In this document: positions 38,771 through 54,559 of the stretch, piece by piece
How positions within the stretch are numbered: the stretch's first letter is position 1
How the letters are laid out: each line of letters starts with the position of its first letter
Assembly (NCBI RefSeq): GCF_009914755.1
Contig: NC_060936.1
Strand: one strand, 5' to 3'
Source: the human T2T-CHM13v2.0 reference genome, Homo sapiens
DNA: 64,000 nucleotides
Translations under genes and position numbers: made by a program
The notes under the pieces: model-generated
Databases searched by the model: none
The model's input: the letters and a program-made list of their open reading frames with translations, nothing else
Told to the model about the DNA's origin: nothing

Positions 38771-40409
38771 TCTCTTTTTATAACATATCAATGCTTGTTT
38801 TAAAATAGAAATTACTTTAGATAATTTAATAATTTAGTATCATAGATAATCCCTCAACTCTTCCAAGCTCCATGTTGGGGTTTTCCATGGCATGACACTA
38901 CATACCCCAATGTGTACACGAATACCATTTTGAGAAGCTGAGCAGGTCAACATATTTCTTCCAAAGCTTGCACTGTATTTATAGCAGTTGTTGTGCAAGG
39001 AATGATGTCAAATTGACTAAACTGCCATCCTATATACCTTTGAATTGCTTTGGTGAAAATTCTCTGATGATTGGGAGTGTCTGTTCAGTCCTTCTTGCAT
39101 CTCAAAGATAAACCTGCCAAATCAGGTGACAATTAATCTGCACAATGTGATGAAGAGCATTCAGGAGGTTGATGTTTAGCGAGTCCTGTGCAGCTCACAT
39201 CACACGTTTTTTCCTTCTAAGGTCAAGAGTGTCTTTGATGTTGACAGTGGTAATTTAGCTCTGAGCTGAACTACTGTTAAATTGTCTATATAGAGGCAAA
39301 GAAGTTGAGACTTTCTGTTCTACCTCACCATGTCACCTCTGTACTCCATGTTTTCCTGTAAGTGGCCCACATTGTCTTGTGAAATTACACATTTTCTCTC
39401 ACTGTCAGAAAGAAAGAAAGAGAATTTCATTTTGTAATAATGCCAAAACACATGTGTGTGCTTCCACTAGCACACTGTAATGCTGGGACTTGGGAATGGT
39501 CCAGTCCGGCGATATGCTTGTCGCTTGTATTTATACATACAGACTTGTTCTGCTGGTCATGTGCCAGGTTCTGGCCATTTGTGCGTGTTTTCCCCTTTCC
39601 ACCTAGTTTAAAGGTTTCTGTAATCTTAATATGCACCACCGCTAGTCACTTCACACTCTAGAAGCGAAAGTGAATGAGTATTGCTTACTAAACATTGCTG
39701 TTTTCTATAGATCTTTCTTTATTTGTAAGTCACAGAAAATTATTGTTCGCAGAAGGTGACTCAAGAATCTTTAGCCTGGCAGGAAGTAGAAATCTGATAA
39801 AGTTTAGTTGTTACATAACCCTGTTTGGTCAAAAAATGTGTTTTGAGTTGATTGGTATCAAATTAACATTTGTAAGCTGCTGGTCCTTTTAACTAGTGTT
39901 AAATTAAGAAAAATTTTCCATTAAGCAGAATTTCTAAATAATTTTCTTAATTTGGATCTTCTAAAGAGAAATTTTAAGCCGCCAGCACTTGGACTGACTA
40001 GATAGCCCTTTGCTTTGATGCCTGGCCAATTTTTCCTCCATCTGTGAGTCAGCGTAAGTATGCCTACTCTTTTTTCAAACCTCCCCTGACTCACTCGTGC
40101 AGAATAGAAGTCCTGCTTTCTGTTTTCTCCTTATGTACTTACTGTGCACTTGTGTAACAAGAGCTCTTTTAAGTATAATCTTCAATTTGATAAGGGCCTA
40201 CCTCTGGAGTTGGCATGATGTTACACCATGTGTAAGAGTAGGAATTACCCCAGTTTATCTTTTCCTATCCAGTGCTGCACACAATGCCAGGCATATAGTA
40301 GGTACTCTCTAAATACATGATAAGGAATGGGTGGATGCATGACTTTGTCTTTAAGCTATAAAGTTAGTTGTTAAATAACATAATGATTCCTGGTAGTGAA
40401 CTTCTGGAA

Positions 40410-40660
40410 CATGTCTACAATGTAATAGCATGAACTGTGAAGCCAGATAGTTTCTGTGTGAATCCCAGCTCTGCCAAATCAAGCTTCTGTACCTGGGCAA
40501 GGTACTTAACCTCTCTGTGCCTCGCTTTCTTCTTTTGTAAAACCAGGATTATAATAGTATTTTAGGGCTTTTTATGGGGATGTAATGTGACCATACATCT
40601 GAAGTACTTAGAATAGCGCCTGATGCATAGTAAGCTGCTCTATAATATTTCTGTTCTTAC
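40410..40660 (+). mobile_element. MIR (preceded by L2 3' end ~40080-40340)
   Basis: gaatcccagctctgcca...gggcaaggtacttaacctctctgtgcctc. Confidence 0.75.
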
Positions 40661-41687
40661 TATATAACCTCCAAGGAAAAAGTAGAATTGCAGTGTGCTG
40701 TGACAACAGGCCCCTGGAAAAATGTGTTTTGGTAAGTGGAGAAGATGAATGGAAACTTAATTATGCCTAGCAAATTCCCATGGTCTCCAGCTCTGAAAGG
40801 ATATCTTTGTTAATGCTCTCTTTGTTAAGAGTGTCTTAGGGAATGGAAAGCTGAGGTCACAGTAAGACCTCACTGATGTTGCTAATGGAGCCTAGTGGTT
40901 TCATCTTGTGGGACATGGCAGTGTCATGGAGCCATCATTTGACTCATCTAATTGTGAATTATTGTGAGAGAGAAACAGGAATTAGGGTAACTGTAGACTT
41001 TTGTCCAAACCAGGAAGGGGGTGCTGTTATAAATACATTGAAACAGTGGGCATAGGCAGAGCAGTTTCAGGCAAACCAGAATTACTTAGAAGAACAATTT
41101 AGACTTTCAGTACATATGTGGCCTAGTTCACTTAAGAACCTTTCTGAGATACTCTACCTTTGATGTGCACCGTTACCTTGAAACTGCTTTCGGAAGATAA
41201 ATGTTAATTTATCCCTCCTCTGTTTAATTTCATTCATTAGTACAGAATGTGAACTACACAGTTGATTTTAGGTCTCACTGCTTTCCCCAGTCTTAGTGTC
41301 CGCTGAGTGGGCCTGGGAAGAAGAGCTGATTCCTTTACCGCATGGTAGACTGGAAAGCAGTGGAAACAAGAGAGAATGACATGAATTAAGAAGTTACTTT
41401 TTCTTTAATCTAAATGTTTAACCACCTCCCCTGAATTGAATTCCATTTTTGAATTGCAACCAGTCATGTTCAGTTAACCCAGATCCTTGGATTTATAACT
41501 GAAAAAAAAAAAAAACTTATTCAGATCAGTGGCTTTTCATGACTGTTTATCTTTACGGTGTCAGAACCGGACTAGAACTTAGGTTTCAGTTATTAAATCC
41601 AATGCTGTCTTCAGTACACTGGTAAATCATCAGAATTTAGTGTCTAAATAAATTAAACCTCTATGTTCTTAATAGCTGAAGCTTCCT

Positions 41688-41722
41688 CATATATATAATA
41701 TATATATAGTATATATATATAT

Positions 41723-41752
<30 letters not shown>
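41688..41752. repeat. (TA)n/(TG)n microsatellite
   Basis: Direct reading. Confidence 0.9.
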
Positions 41753-41753
<1 letters not shown>

Positions 41754-42919
41754 AATTAGAGAATTATTTACATCTGGTTTTATCCTCTTACAAGAGCATT
41801 TGGATTTGAGAGTAGCAAGTGGCACCCTGCCAGTGACAAATGGAGGCACTGTGGTTGCCTTCCCATCATCCGCTACCTTTTATGGTGTCAAGGGATTTCT
41901 AGCTCTCCTTTGTGACCCAGCTGCAAAACAGCTGTTGTTTAGGCTCCTGCCTTTTCACTCTCACAAGACAGCTTTTCTTACCATCCCCACAGGGTTTAAA
42001 CTTCTGCAGTACAAGTGTCAACTCCGTTTTGTGAGCTCAGGCCTCCCGTTTGGGAGCCAAACAGCATAGCACTTCTCATGCTATCGCTAAGCAGTTTGGA
42101 AGGAATTATCCAGTGAATGCTTATAGTGCTGGTGATAACAAATGAGAAACACCCATTGTAGTTACAGCTGAATGGTTGGAGTCATGGCTAATAGCTAATA
42201 TTTCAGGGTTTTCTAATTGCACTAATTCCCTAAATGGAGATCACATTGACCACTTTATCCATCTAAAGTAAAGTTTCCTATTGGAAACCAGTTTTTCATG
42301 AACTTTTGGTGTCATCTTATGCATCATAGAATGCTAATAAAATTTGCGGGTTTTTTTTTTTTTTCCTTATGAGGAGGAGGTGTTACCAATTATGGCAATG
42401 GCATGAAGCTCTGAGTATCACTCAGGTCTCAAGATTTAGTCAGATTTACCACGGAAACTATGCCATCCATCATTTAGGCAACAACACTTCATAAGGAGAG
42501 TACGCATTTAAGAAAAGTGTTTTGAGTGTTTGCTTTTGCAAGATGTTTAGCATTCTTCGTGCATCTTTGACCACCTACTACGCATCTGGTCCTTGGATAA
42601 GTGTTGATTAAACAATTCTACTAAATTGGTTTACAATGAGCAAAAGAGATTACAAATGGTAATTAGAGTACATATGGTAAGTGTCACAACAAAAGTAGGA
42701 ATCAAGTGTTGTTAGAGCACCCAGGAGGAAAAAGACTCAGCTTAAAGAATTCTGGGCAGGCTTAATTTGGTCATGGCCATAGTTGGCAAGTTATCTAAGA
42801 CAAATAGATTTTGGGGTTATTTCCTCTTCTAATTTTAAACTAAACTAAACAAAAAAACATACACATTAATTTTTATGCCCCCTTATCATTTATGTTTTAT
42901 GTTATTTTTAAAAAACCCT

Positions 42920-44010
42920 CATTGTGTCTCCTCTCCTTCTGCTGACACTGCTGCTCCTCTTTTCTTCACAGCCAGGTATGTTGGCAGTTGTCTGTAATTG
43001 TTCTATCCATTTCCTTACCCACCGCTCCCCAAATAACACCCACTTCTTCTGGCTTCCATACCTGTTAAACATACCTTCCTGCAGTTACCAGTGATCATGT
43101 TATGAAATCTAGTGGATGTTTTTCAGCATTAGACACAATCAACTACTGCTGTTTTCTTGAGACCCTGTTTCACTTTACTGTCAACCTCTTGATTCAGCCT
43201 GGTAAACCACACCCTTGACATCTCAGCTATCTCAAAAGTAGGCCAATCTCAACAATTCTCAAAACTAAGCTTATAATCCTACCCACTAAACTTGGCTTTC
43301 TTCCATTATTTACTATCTTCTCTTCGGTTTTGGTCCAAAAACTTAGGGTCACCCTTGCTACTCCATCCACCTCTTTGCATTATCTCTGTTCTATCCACAT
43401 TATTCTGTCTGAATTTATACAAATAAATTTCTCTCATGTCAGTCCACTAATCTTCCTTTCATTGTCACCTCTCTACGTGCCTTCTGCTCCCATTCCACTC
43501 TCTTATCCTCAGTACCCTCAGAGTGATATTCATAAAACAGCGGCTAGCATCTTAGTATGACTGATAAGCCAGGTATGCCCTGCTCTTGCCTGCATTTTCA
43601 CTTTTTTGTATGGTTCGCCTTCACTCCTCTCTGCCTCACTCAACCTGGGCTTCACACAGTGTTTTTGTTTTTCTGCCACAGATATTTTACCTTTGCTGTG
43701 CCTCTACTTAGAATACTTTTGTTTCTGCTTCAATTAGCTAATCATACAAATATTTTGATTTTTAGATCAAGCATCAATTCTTTGGAAACCTTCCTTGAGT
43801 ACTTCCACTAAATCAGACCAACTGTTGTAGGTCAAATGGCCATCGATTGTGTTTGTCATACTCTTAGCACCAGAAGTTTTTCGTGCTTCGTTAGGGCAGG
43901 AGTTGTGTGTGCTCCAAATCACCATTTTCATTCTAGGGCTCAACACAGCACTGGGCACATGGTAGGTGCCCAACAAATATTCATCGGAATGAAAGGAATC
44001 AATGAATACA
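42920..44010 (+). mobile_element. L2 relic including 3' end
   Basis: Pyrimidine-rich L2 body ending cacagcactgggcacatggtaggtgcccaacaaatattcatcggaatgaa. Confidence 0.7.
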
Positions 44011-44919
44011 TTTAATGTATTGTGGAAATTTCATTGTTTTAATTAAAAGCAGACACTTTGGTTTGTAATTCAGAGGTAAATTCTATGCATAATTCTAAAG
44101 TCTGAAAACAGCATATTTTAATATTTAAAATGATTTGCATAATTTAAAAATGAAATTTTAGGATATACTTGTATTTACCTGTAACTTTATTGTAAATTTA
44201 ATTCAAACATAATTTCTACTTGCTTCACCTTAGCTTCCTTAGATGTTGTAATGAAATGTCTGAATACTGTTTTCATCAACTGAGATTATGGATGGATAAC
44301 CCCTATGATAAGATGTTGGTTTTCCCTCTACTTTGAGCTTAGTGTCAGGATACAATATAGCAACCTAAGTAATTTTCTCAGGTGGAGTTTAAGATGTGAT
44401 TGTAACCTATCAAATTATCTCCACTGAAATGTTACTGCAGTATGTGTGGGTGACTCCTTTAAGTTAGAAGGGAAAATATACAAGTGAACAGATGTAGAAA
44501 GGAAATTAAAATGGTAACATTACAGGAAGTCTGAGTAAGCTAAACACCTTCATTTATGTAATATTCATAGAAGTCAACCATGTTGTGTTTATACCTTAAA
44601 ATCTATCTTTTTTTACTCATAATGTCAAAGCTGTGTAGAAAGCAACAGTTCAGTTTGAATTATAAGAATCTCAGGTATTTAAATACATATTTATGAAAGG
44701 TGAGTTACTTATAATTTGAATAGTTATTTAAAATGGTCCTGTATGTTTACTTTTTATAATGCTTTTTATTATATTTTTTAATTGAAAACATGATTAAAAT
44801 GTAAGTAGGTAAGTTTTTTGCTGTTGCTTTTCCCATTTTCCCCCCTTGGCATTCTTGCAAGTCTTTTTCTTTTGCTTTCTTCTCATTGCAAGGTATCCGA
44901 TTTCCAGTATTCTTATGTC

Positions 44920-46260
<1,341 letters not shown>

Positions 46261-47702
46261 ATCACATCTCTGAAGCCTTCTCTTTCATTTCTCAGTACTT
46301 AGATGTACTGTGGTCTTGAGGTACTTACTTTGACCATTAGCGTAGTACATTTTTTTAACAGTCTACACTAGATGTCTTCTTCTCTTCTCATCAGTCTCAA
46401 AAGATCCAGTGACTAATCTTTTTATTCACCTTTGAAATCCCTACAGTAAAATGAGCCAATTATACAGATGGTGCAATTAAGAAAATGTTATTAGGTTATA
46501 AACTATAATTTACAGCCTGCTTATTTCATTTAGCACTGGATCTTGAAGAACTTTTGTGGTTTAGATAATTTTCTGCACAATCATTTTAGTAGAAACATTG
46601 TATTTCATTGAAATGACTTTTGGCTACTCAAGTTCATGCTAGCGGACATTGAGTTCGTATGAACAATATTATAATAAAAATGAATAGCAACTTCTTTGTA
46701 TTTAAAGGTATTTTCTTAGGACAAATAGGTAGAAATAGAATCAGTTGGCTAGTGTGTCTGTGATTTAATGCTTTTCATATGTGTCAAATTTCCCCCAGGA
46801 TGTTTTTGTTACATATTACCGTATTTTAATAACGTGTCGTATGAACACCTGTTTTTATGAACCCTCAGGAATATTGAATTCTCTCTTTATTTGGGAAATT
46901 TTTTGATAGATGAATAACATCTCCTTGTATCAATTTGCATTTTAGGGAAACCGAATGCATGTTTCTTTAGAAATTCTGACCATTATTTTTTGGTATTTGC
47001 AAACTATTCCTATGTGCCCTTTGCTCATGTAACATATCTGGCTCCCAGGCTGCAAAGGCAGCTGAGTGTGATGATCCACTTCTTTATCTTGGAGTGAAAC
47101 TCAGTCTGTTGCAGTCTTTTATTCCCACTTGGTCAGCCATTTAACTTCAGCCAGTTTTGTGACCTCCTCCTTTCCCAGGGGTTAACCTAAAACTGGGAAG
47201 CATAATGGTGCTCACAAAACTAGGAGGGAGGCTGTCCTGGCCATCTGATCTGAGCTGACACCACCTTACAGCCTGATGGCTCTGCAGTGGCACTGAGGAT
47301 GGGCTTCAGGGAAGCTTTGCTCAGGATGACAGTTCTGGCTCTGGAGTCCAGCCTTGTCCTGGGCATAATACCATGGAACCATTCCTCCCTTGTGAGGTCT
47401 CTTCGCCTATTCTGGATGTTGTCCTTGAACAGTGTGAAGCACTCACTTTGACCTCTAGCTGCCCTTGGTGTCACTTGATACAATTTTTCAATGAGCTTAG
47501 GTCCTATGACACTATAAGTATCTTTCAGCCAGCCTCTGCTTTAGGATGTTTAGGAAGAGAGGGCACAGAAGACCAGATATTTATAGAAAGTGGGACTTGG
47601 ATGACAATTCAGGGAGGACAAACATTAATATCAGTTAACTGTTCAGCCAGATCATTTCTGTATCAGGTAGCTTTATTCTGTCATTTCTATTTATGATGTT
47701 GT

Positions 47703-47955
47703 AATGTTCTATAGCAGAATATGGTGACTGTACTTAACATCAATGTATTGTATAGTTCAGAAGAGCTAGAAGAGAGGATTTGAAATGTTTTCAGCATATA
47801 GAAATGATGAGTATTAATACTCAAGTTGATGGACACCCCACCTCAACACACTCTGACTTGGTCATTATATGGAATATCACATGTAACAGAATGTCACATG
47901 TAACACATAAATATGTACAAATATTTGTATCAAAATTTTTTAAAAAAATTTTAAA
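47703..47955 (+). mobile_element. L1MA-like 3' end
   Basis: tgttctatagcagaatatggtgact...gctagaagagaggatttgaaatgtt...gtatcaaaattttttaaaaaaa. Confidence 0.75.
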
Positions 47956-48573
47956 CTATCAAATAATGTTCCTTTTATTTGTAAATGATGGTCATCACAA
48001 ATTACTTTTTACACTCATTTAACTATAATGCATGGTTAAACAACATATTTTTCAAACTACACATAAGCTTTTGGACCTGTTTTATCAGCTGCTTCCCTTT
48101 CATATTTGTTATTGGTATAGAGATAACATTTGAATGTGAAATGAAAATGTGATTTGCATTGGTTGTGAAAAATAACAGACACTCACTATTGTAAGAAATT
48201 CCCAAAGAGTAAACACCAGACATATGGAAGTGGCTGCTAGAACACACTACTTAAGAGACTGTTCCTTCCCCAGACTTGAAGCAGCCTCTAAATAAAGAGT
48301 AGGGCCACTGAAATGAAGTTCTCTGGTTTGTTCTTGATTTTGTTCTAGTTGATATTCCTACTGATGCTGAAGGTATAGGTAATCACCAATTAAGATACAA
48401 ATATTTGTTTCAGCATGTGAGCTAGTTCAGAAGAACTATTTTTATCATTTTAGAAACCTTAGCTGGTATGACATTTTCCAGATATGAAATGGAGAAGTTA
48501 CTACTTTGTTCACCACTCTGTAATTTACTAATAACATGTAAATAAGTAATTAAGTAGTAACTATAAGCTATTA

Positions 48574-48905
<332 letters not shown>

Positions 48906-49109
48906 TCATAGTAGCCTATTTATATGTTGACTGGTTATTGTATTTATGGAATACTTGGATGGCTATAGAAGAAAAGGTAAAGATTTGTGTTAGTTTATAG
49001 AACACGATTAATGCACTATTTACATTAGGGGAAAAAGTATATATACATATATTTATACATAAATGTATTATATATATTTACATATAAATGTATTATATAT
49101 TTATATTTA

Positions 49110-50060
49110 TGTATAGTAGAAAAACATTATTTTCTCCTATTATACTCTCAACCTAAAACGCTTCTGACACAAGTGTCATTGCGGGAATTCCCCACAAACC
49201 AATCATCAAAGTTACCACAAACCAAGCCGTTGTCCCGCAGACACCAACAGGATGCCCTACTATTAAATTCTGACACTAAACAGAGTTAGTGCAGACCTCA
49301 CAGGTTAAGGACTCAGTCTCACAAAACTGCTGCCCCACTTTAGGTGCCAATCCAAGTTGTAGGTTTCCAGGTTACCCACAAACTTCTATACAACATGACT
49401 ACAAGTTGGAGGTTCCCATGACCCTCTTCCTGGGTCCACTTTGCTAGTGTAACTCACAGAACCCAGGAAAACAGATGACTTACTATTGCCAAATTATTAC
49501 GGAGGATATTTTAAAGGATACAATTGAACAGCCAGATAAAGAGATACACTTGGGGAGGTTTGGAAACACCCTCAGCATAGGAACTTCTGCCCTGCTGGAA
49601 TTGAGGTGTGCCACCCTACTGGGGTATAGACATGTTCTTATTCACCAATGCAGAAGCTTTCCAAATCCTGTAATTCAGGGATATTTATGGAGGTTTCTTC
49701 ATGTAGGCCTAATCAATTATTAACTCAGCCTCCATCCCTTCTCCTCTTCCCGGAGAATTGTGGGAAGGGGTGGAGCTGAAAATTCCAAGTTTCTAATCAT
49801 GGCTTGATCTTCCTGGTGACCAGCCCCCATCCAGGAGCCTATAAAGATTTGCCTCATAAGAACAAAAGACACTCCTGTTAGGCAATTTCAAAGAATTAGA
49901 AGCTATGTATCAGGAAACTAGGGTAAAAGACGAAATATTAGAGCAGAAGATTCTCCTAGTACCCCTATGGCTCAAGAAATTACAAGGATTTTAGAAGTTC
50001 TCTACCAGGAACTGGGGATGAAGACCAAAATACACATATTTCTTATTATAAATTGAAATA
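49110..50060 (-). mobile_element. MER21-like LTR
   Basis: gcagacaccaac...aattctgacact...caggttaaggactcagtctcacaaaactgc...ctcacagaacccaggaaaaca. Confidence 0.75.
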
Positions 50061-50383
50061 TTAAAATTTACATCTTTAAATATACAAAAATATATATACA
50101 TATTTACATAAACACTCAAAATCATAATGCAATGCAACAATGTAAGGTCTTGGTGCCTTCAGGTGTCATTTAGTAAAATATTTCAGAGTTGTGGTTATCA
50201 AGACACACTACAGAGTTGGGTAGTTGATGTAATAAATAATTTGTCACTAAAGATAAGGGACAAATATTTGAGTATAGTTTACTTTTTAAAAATAAAACAA
50301 TTTAAGCTGAAGCCATAATAGTCTAATTATCTCATATTTAATATTCCTGCTTGCTCTAAGGGGAGTTTTAGAAATGATTGAAG

Positions 50384-50385
<2 letters not shown>

Positions 50386-50422
<37 letters not shown>
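50386..50422. repeat. Perfect (GT)18 microsatellite
   Basis: Direct reading. Confidence 0.95.
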
Positions 50423-50425
<3 letters not shown>

Positions 50426-51066
50426 ATACGTATGTATTTTTATATTTGTGTATATTGTGGTTAGATAAACCATTGATCAGTGATTGGGAGAGATGCTGCT
50501 TGCCTTGTACATCCACTCAGCTGTGCACCTGAGCTGAACAGTGGTAGTGGCATCCAGTTTAGCTAAGAAAACAAAATCAATTAGCTTAATACTGATCCCA
50601 TGATATAGATTAGGCTAAACAAATTTTACTGAATATTTCTCTTACATTTATATGTTTTATTGCTGCCAATCCGAGTGGACCTGACCAGGCACTCTCCTAA
50701 TTGGGATGGTGGTTTTTTTTTGTTCATGAGTTTAATAAATACTAGTTGTTTTTAATACTCAATACAGTCCGTTTTTCTTCATTTCTGAACCAGTACCTGT
50801 GTTCAGACATGTCAACCAGTAAACAAAATGAGGAATAATGCTTGTTTGTGCCGAATGCTGACATAACATAAAAGACACCAGGAAAAATCTGCTGAGAAAT
50901 GACTTTTTCTTCACTTTAACTGCCAACCCTCTAGAACAGTAACAGTTGAAATAGTAAATTTGATTAAACATCATATTACCTCTTCTTCCTCATGCTTCCC
51001 TCCTACAAACCAGCAACCTTTATCCCTGGTTGGCTTATGAATTTGGTTGACTTTTAATTTTATTTA

Positions 51067-51283
51067 CAGCAAGTCATCACTTAACGTAGTTGATAGATTA
51101 TTGGATGCTGCAACTTTAACAAAGCAAAAGGATGTACAGCAGGTCCTTGAAATAACATTGTTTTGTTTGATGTTGTGTTGTTATAATGCTGATGAGGAAA
51201 AAAAAATGATTTCGTCATATGTCATTTCACTTGTAGTTGCTGTTTCCAAGAACCGACTGACCACATTAAGTGACGGCTTACTG
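51067..51283. mobile_element. MER6-type TcMar-Tigger MITE
   Basis: TIRs cagcaagtcatcacttaacg / cattaagtgacggcttactg with TA flanks. Confidence 0.8.
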
Positions 51284-52002
51284 TACTCTCCTGAGAACTG
51301 TCTTTTCCTCTTTATCATTTGGCACTTGGCTAAATAAATAGTGGTCAAAGCAGAAAGATGAGTTTTTGTGTGATGGCACAGTGTCTCCCCCTAGAAAGAA
51401 TGTTCTCACCTTCAATGTGTTTATTTTGCATCTAGGAAAGCATGAGACTCATTGCATTTAAAAATTTGGTCCACTGAGCAACAAGAGGGTACTGTCCTTT
51501 GAGTTTTGCTGCATGTTTTTAAAATTTCATAATATTGTTTTGCCAATGGACTATACAGAGAGATTTTACTACCCTGTTTACTGTGACATTGATAAAAGAG
51601 CCAGTTCCTTCTTTTCTGTTCTTAAAACTTAAGTGGAAGCTTCTTTTTTAAATCTTTTCATATGACATTTGTATAGACAGTGCTTTACTGATGATAGCTT
51701 TCATTTTACATCTTTTTTCTTAAAGTATCATTTTTTGCAAATTCTTTGTATATTGCTTTCCAGTGATGATTTTGTCAGATGACCATGTGTTTTGGGGGCT
51801 GTGTATAAAACAAAATACATTATTTGTCATTTATAACTGCATTTTTTGCACACTGTCGAATATATATATGTGTGTGTGTATATACATATAAAGTAACAGT
51901 TAACATTTATTACAAACATATATGTAGGTAGTATAATAGTTAATTTACATGTATCACATCAGATAAATCAGAAATCCTAGGAGATAGGTTTTGTTATCCT
52001 TT

Positions 52003-52310
52003 TTAAAAATTAAGACTATTTTAAAGTAGTTTTAGGTTATTAAAAATTGAGCAGAAAGTACAGAGTGTTCCCATAAACCTCCTCACCTTCCCACAACCCC
52101 AGATACACAGTTTCCCCTATTATGATCAACTTACTCTGGTGTCGTAGATTTGTTACAGTTGATGAGTCTATAGTTTATATTGCAGTTCGCTCTTTTGTGT
52201 TGTGCGTTCTATGAATTTGGGCAAGTGCTTAATGGCACGTATCCACCATTACAGTATCAGATGAAATAGTCGCATTGCTCTAAAAATCACATGCTCTGCC
52301 TGTCCTCTTT
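52003..52310 (-). mobile_element. L1MC-like 3' end inserted in a MIR
   Basis: aaaattgagcagaaagtacagag...tatccaccattacagtatca; MIR halves at ~51900-52000 and ~52320-52440. Confidence 0.75.
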
Positions 52311-52793
52311 TTTTTTTATTAAAGAAATTATAGTTACAAGTTGAAATAATTTTCCAAGGGTCACATAGCTAAACAAGTGTGGGAGCCGTTCTGCTTCCCT
52401 AGAATCTGTACTCCTAATTCATACGTTAGGCTGCCTGATTTGTTACAGTTACTAAATCATTTAGAGAAACCTAATCGGTAAGATACTTGCTAATTCTTCT
52501 TATTTTTAACTTTATCAAGTGTATGTATAGGAAACATTCTGTCTGTGCTTTCCTTTGAAGTTAAAATGTGGGAAACATTGCAGGGAATTTAAAATTTTTA
52601 ATTACTGCTATTTGACAAGACTTGTGATTTAACGCGGAGTTACTGAATAGAGTAGCATTACTAAATTGATAGAAGAAATGAGGAAGTCTGTTGTCTGATC
52701 ATTTGCTTATCACTAGCTATAGGTAGTAGAGACATTAGGTTATGTCCTAGCTACTAGAATAATGAGTTAATGAAGGATGTAGCAACAATGAGT

Positions 52794-52824
<31 letters not shown>

Positions 52825-52888
52825 AATGACGGAATGAACAAAAGGAGAGGGAGTATGGAGAAAAGAGTCAAAGCTGCGTACCATGTAG

Positions 52889-53114
52889 CACAAGTTGTCC
52901 AACCCACAGCCTGCAGACAGCATGTGGCCCAGGACAGCTTTGAATGCAACCCAACACAAATTCATAAGCTTTCTTAAAACATTATGACAGTTATGCATGA
53001 ACCTTTTTTAAAAAAAACTGATCAGCTATCATTAGTGTTAGTGTATTTTATGTCTGGCCCAAGACAATTCTTCTTCCAATGTGGCCCAGGGAAGCCAAAA
53101 GATTAGACACCCCT
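52889..53114. mobile_element. MER30 (hAT-Charlie)
   Basis: ttgtccaacccacagcctgc ... gtggcccagggaagccaaaagattagacacccct. Confidence 0.85.
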
Positions 53115-53784
53115 AGTGTAGCAAATTAGGTTAATTATATACCTCTAACTTTAGAAAATTGGTCTTCATAACAATAGTTTTAAAAATATACTCAAAGTAA
53201 GAAAAAAACATTGCCTGAAGTTTATGTGGGTAGAGAGTATATAAATTAGGAGCAGGCAGGTAAGGTCATTTGTCTTTACCATGGTCTGTGGCTTTGGACA
53301 CCACCCAGTGCCTTACTACCCTTCATAGTCACCATATATCTTCATCCCAGCCATGCCAAACAAGATAGAACTGCTCCAGGCAAGTGCTTATTAGGGTTGT
53401 TCTCCTATCTTGTGCCATCCCTCTGTGTTACAATGGAGGTAACTGTGGTTCAGAGGCAATAACTAGGTGAAGAATGTATACTTTTAGAATCTGTTTCAAC
53501 TGTGGTATTCTTTAATGAAAAATCAATTTGTTGTATGTAAACGTTCACCCCTGTTTTTTGCTTATTTTCCTTGTGCGTATGATGGTAATATTTACTTAAA
53601 ACTACAACAAAGAAAGTGACCTAGCTTTAGATTAAATCCTGGATTAGCAGAATTTTAGTCCTGAGTGATTGCAGCAAGGATAAATAGCTGCTTGAGATTC
53701 ACCAAATTGTGACTTCTTTTTTTCATAAATGGCCTGTAAATATTTGGCCTGTAATATTTTTCATTACAGGCCTGTAAATATTTG

Positions 53785-53912
53785 GCCTGTAAATGCCAAA
53801 TGTTGAGGCCAAGGATAAGCTGTAAAGGGTGCAAAGGATGGCTGTCTCATTTCGTTTAGCCTTGGCCTTAATCAGTCTAGAATGAGGTTACATAACAATT
53901 CTGTCACACTCT
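53785..53912 (+). repeat. 128-bp local direct repeat A (partner 55006-55133)
   Basis: 3 substitutions over 128 bp; not a recognisable transposon. Confidence 0.95.
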
Positions 53913-54040
53913 TCTTAGTACCCTTGGATTGTTTTAAGTATTTTTGGCATACATACATTATAAGAAGTATTATTATTTTCTAAAGGAGGAATGACTGTGT
54001 AATTCAATATAATTTGATGAAATATAATGTTAGGTATTTT
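53910..54040 (+). repeat. ~130-bp local direct repeat B (partner 56601-56729)
   Basis: 5 substitutions and 2 single-base indels by eye. Confidence 0.95.
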
Positions 54041-54477
54041 GAGATGCCTGTCATCTCAAAATTTAAAATGGCCACAGTTCTTTACAAGGAAAAAGAAGGA
54101 ATGAAGAGGAAGCAAATGAAAGGGAGAAAATAAAATAGAAAATGACAATAATGTTTCTTTAAAACTGTCTTGTCTTTCTGGTTTCTGTGAGACCTTTTTT
54201 GTTTTTCAACCTTGTCTCTTGCTTTCCTGGCCTGATCTTTTTGGTGGGCCATTCTCATCTTCTGTTATATATTCTTCATGCCTTCCAGGGTTCAGACCTC
54301 AGTGTTCTCTCTCAACACTTTTTCCTTGATCATCCTCACATAGATAAAAACAAAATTTTTTTTTTTCCTTTCCTATGATGATTACCAAGTAGACATTTGG
54401 CTACTTCAGTTAGGCCCAGGCAGTGAAGAATCCCTCATGATCTGTTCCTGAATCATCCATTTTCTCTGTTTTTCAAG

Positions 54478-54559
54478 GGTCGTAAGAGTGAGGCTGAAAA
54501 GCTCTTCTTGAAGGCTATTGAGCTGGATCCCACCAAAGGAAACTGTTACATGCATTATG
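54478..54559 (+). CDS. TMTC2: TMTC2 internal coding exon (probably exon 9), TPR region
   Basis: Acceptor ttttctctgtttttcaag, donor gtgagt; 82 nt, phase 0 to phase 1; translates GRKSEAEKLFLKAIELDPTKGNCYMHY(G), with typical TPR pattern (A..F.KA.ELDP). Confidence 0.95.

Noticed and set aside
47030-47640. GC-balanced stretch with 87 and 107 aa ORFs
   Set aside because: No recognisable protein and not needed for the TMTC2 frame; may be an old LTR relic that I cannot assign
54460-54480. AAG rather than YAG splice acceptor
   Set aside because: Less common but normal, with a good polypyrimidine tract and no competing AG nearby
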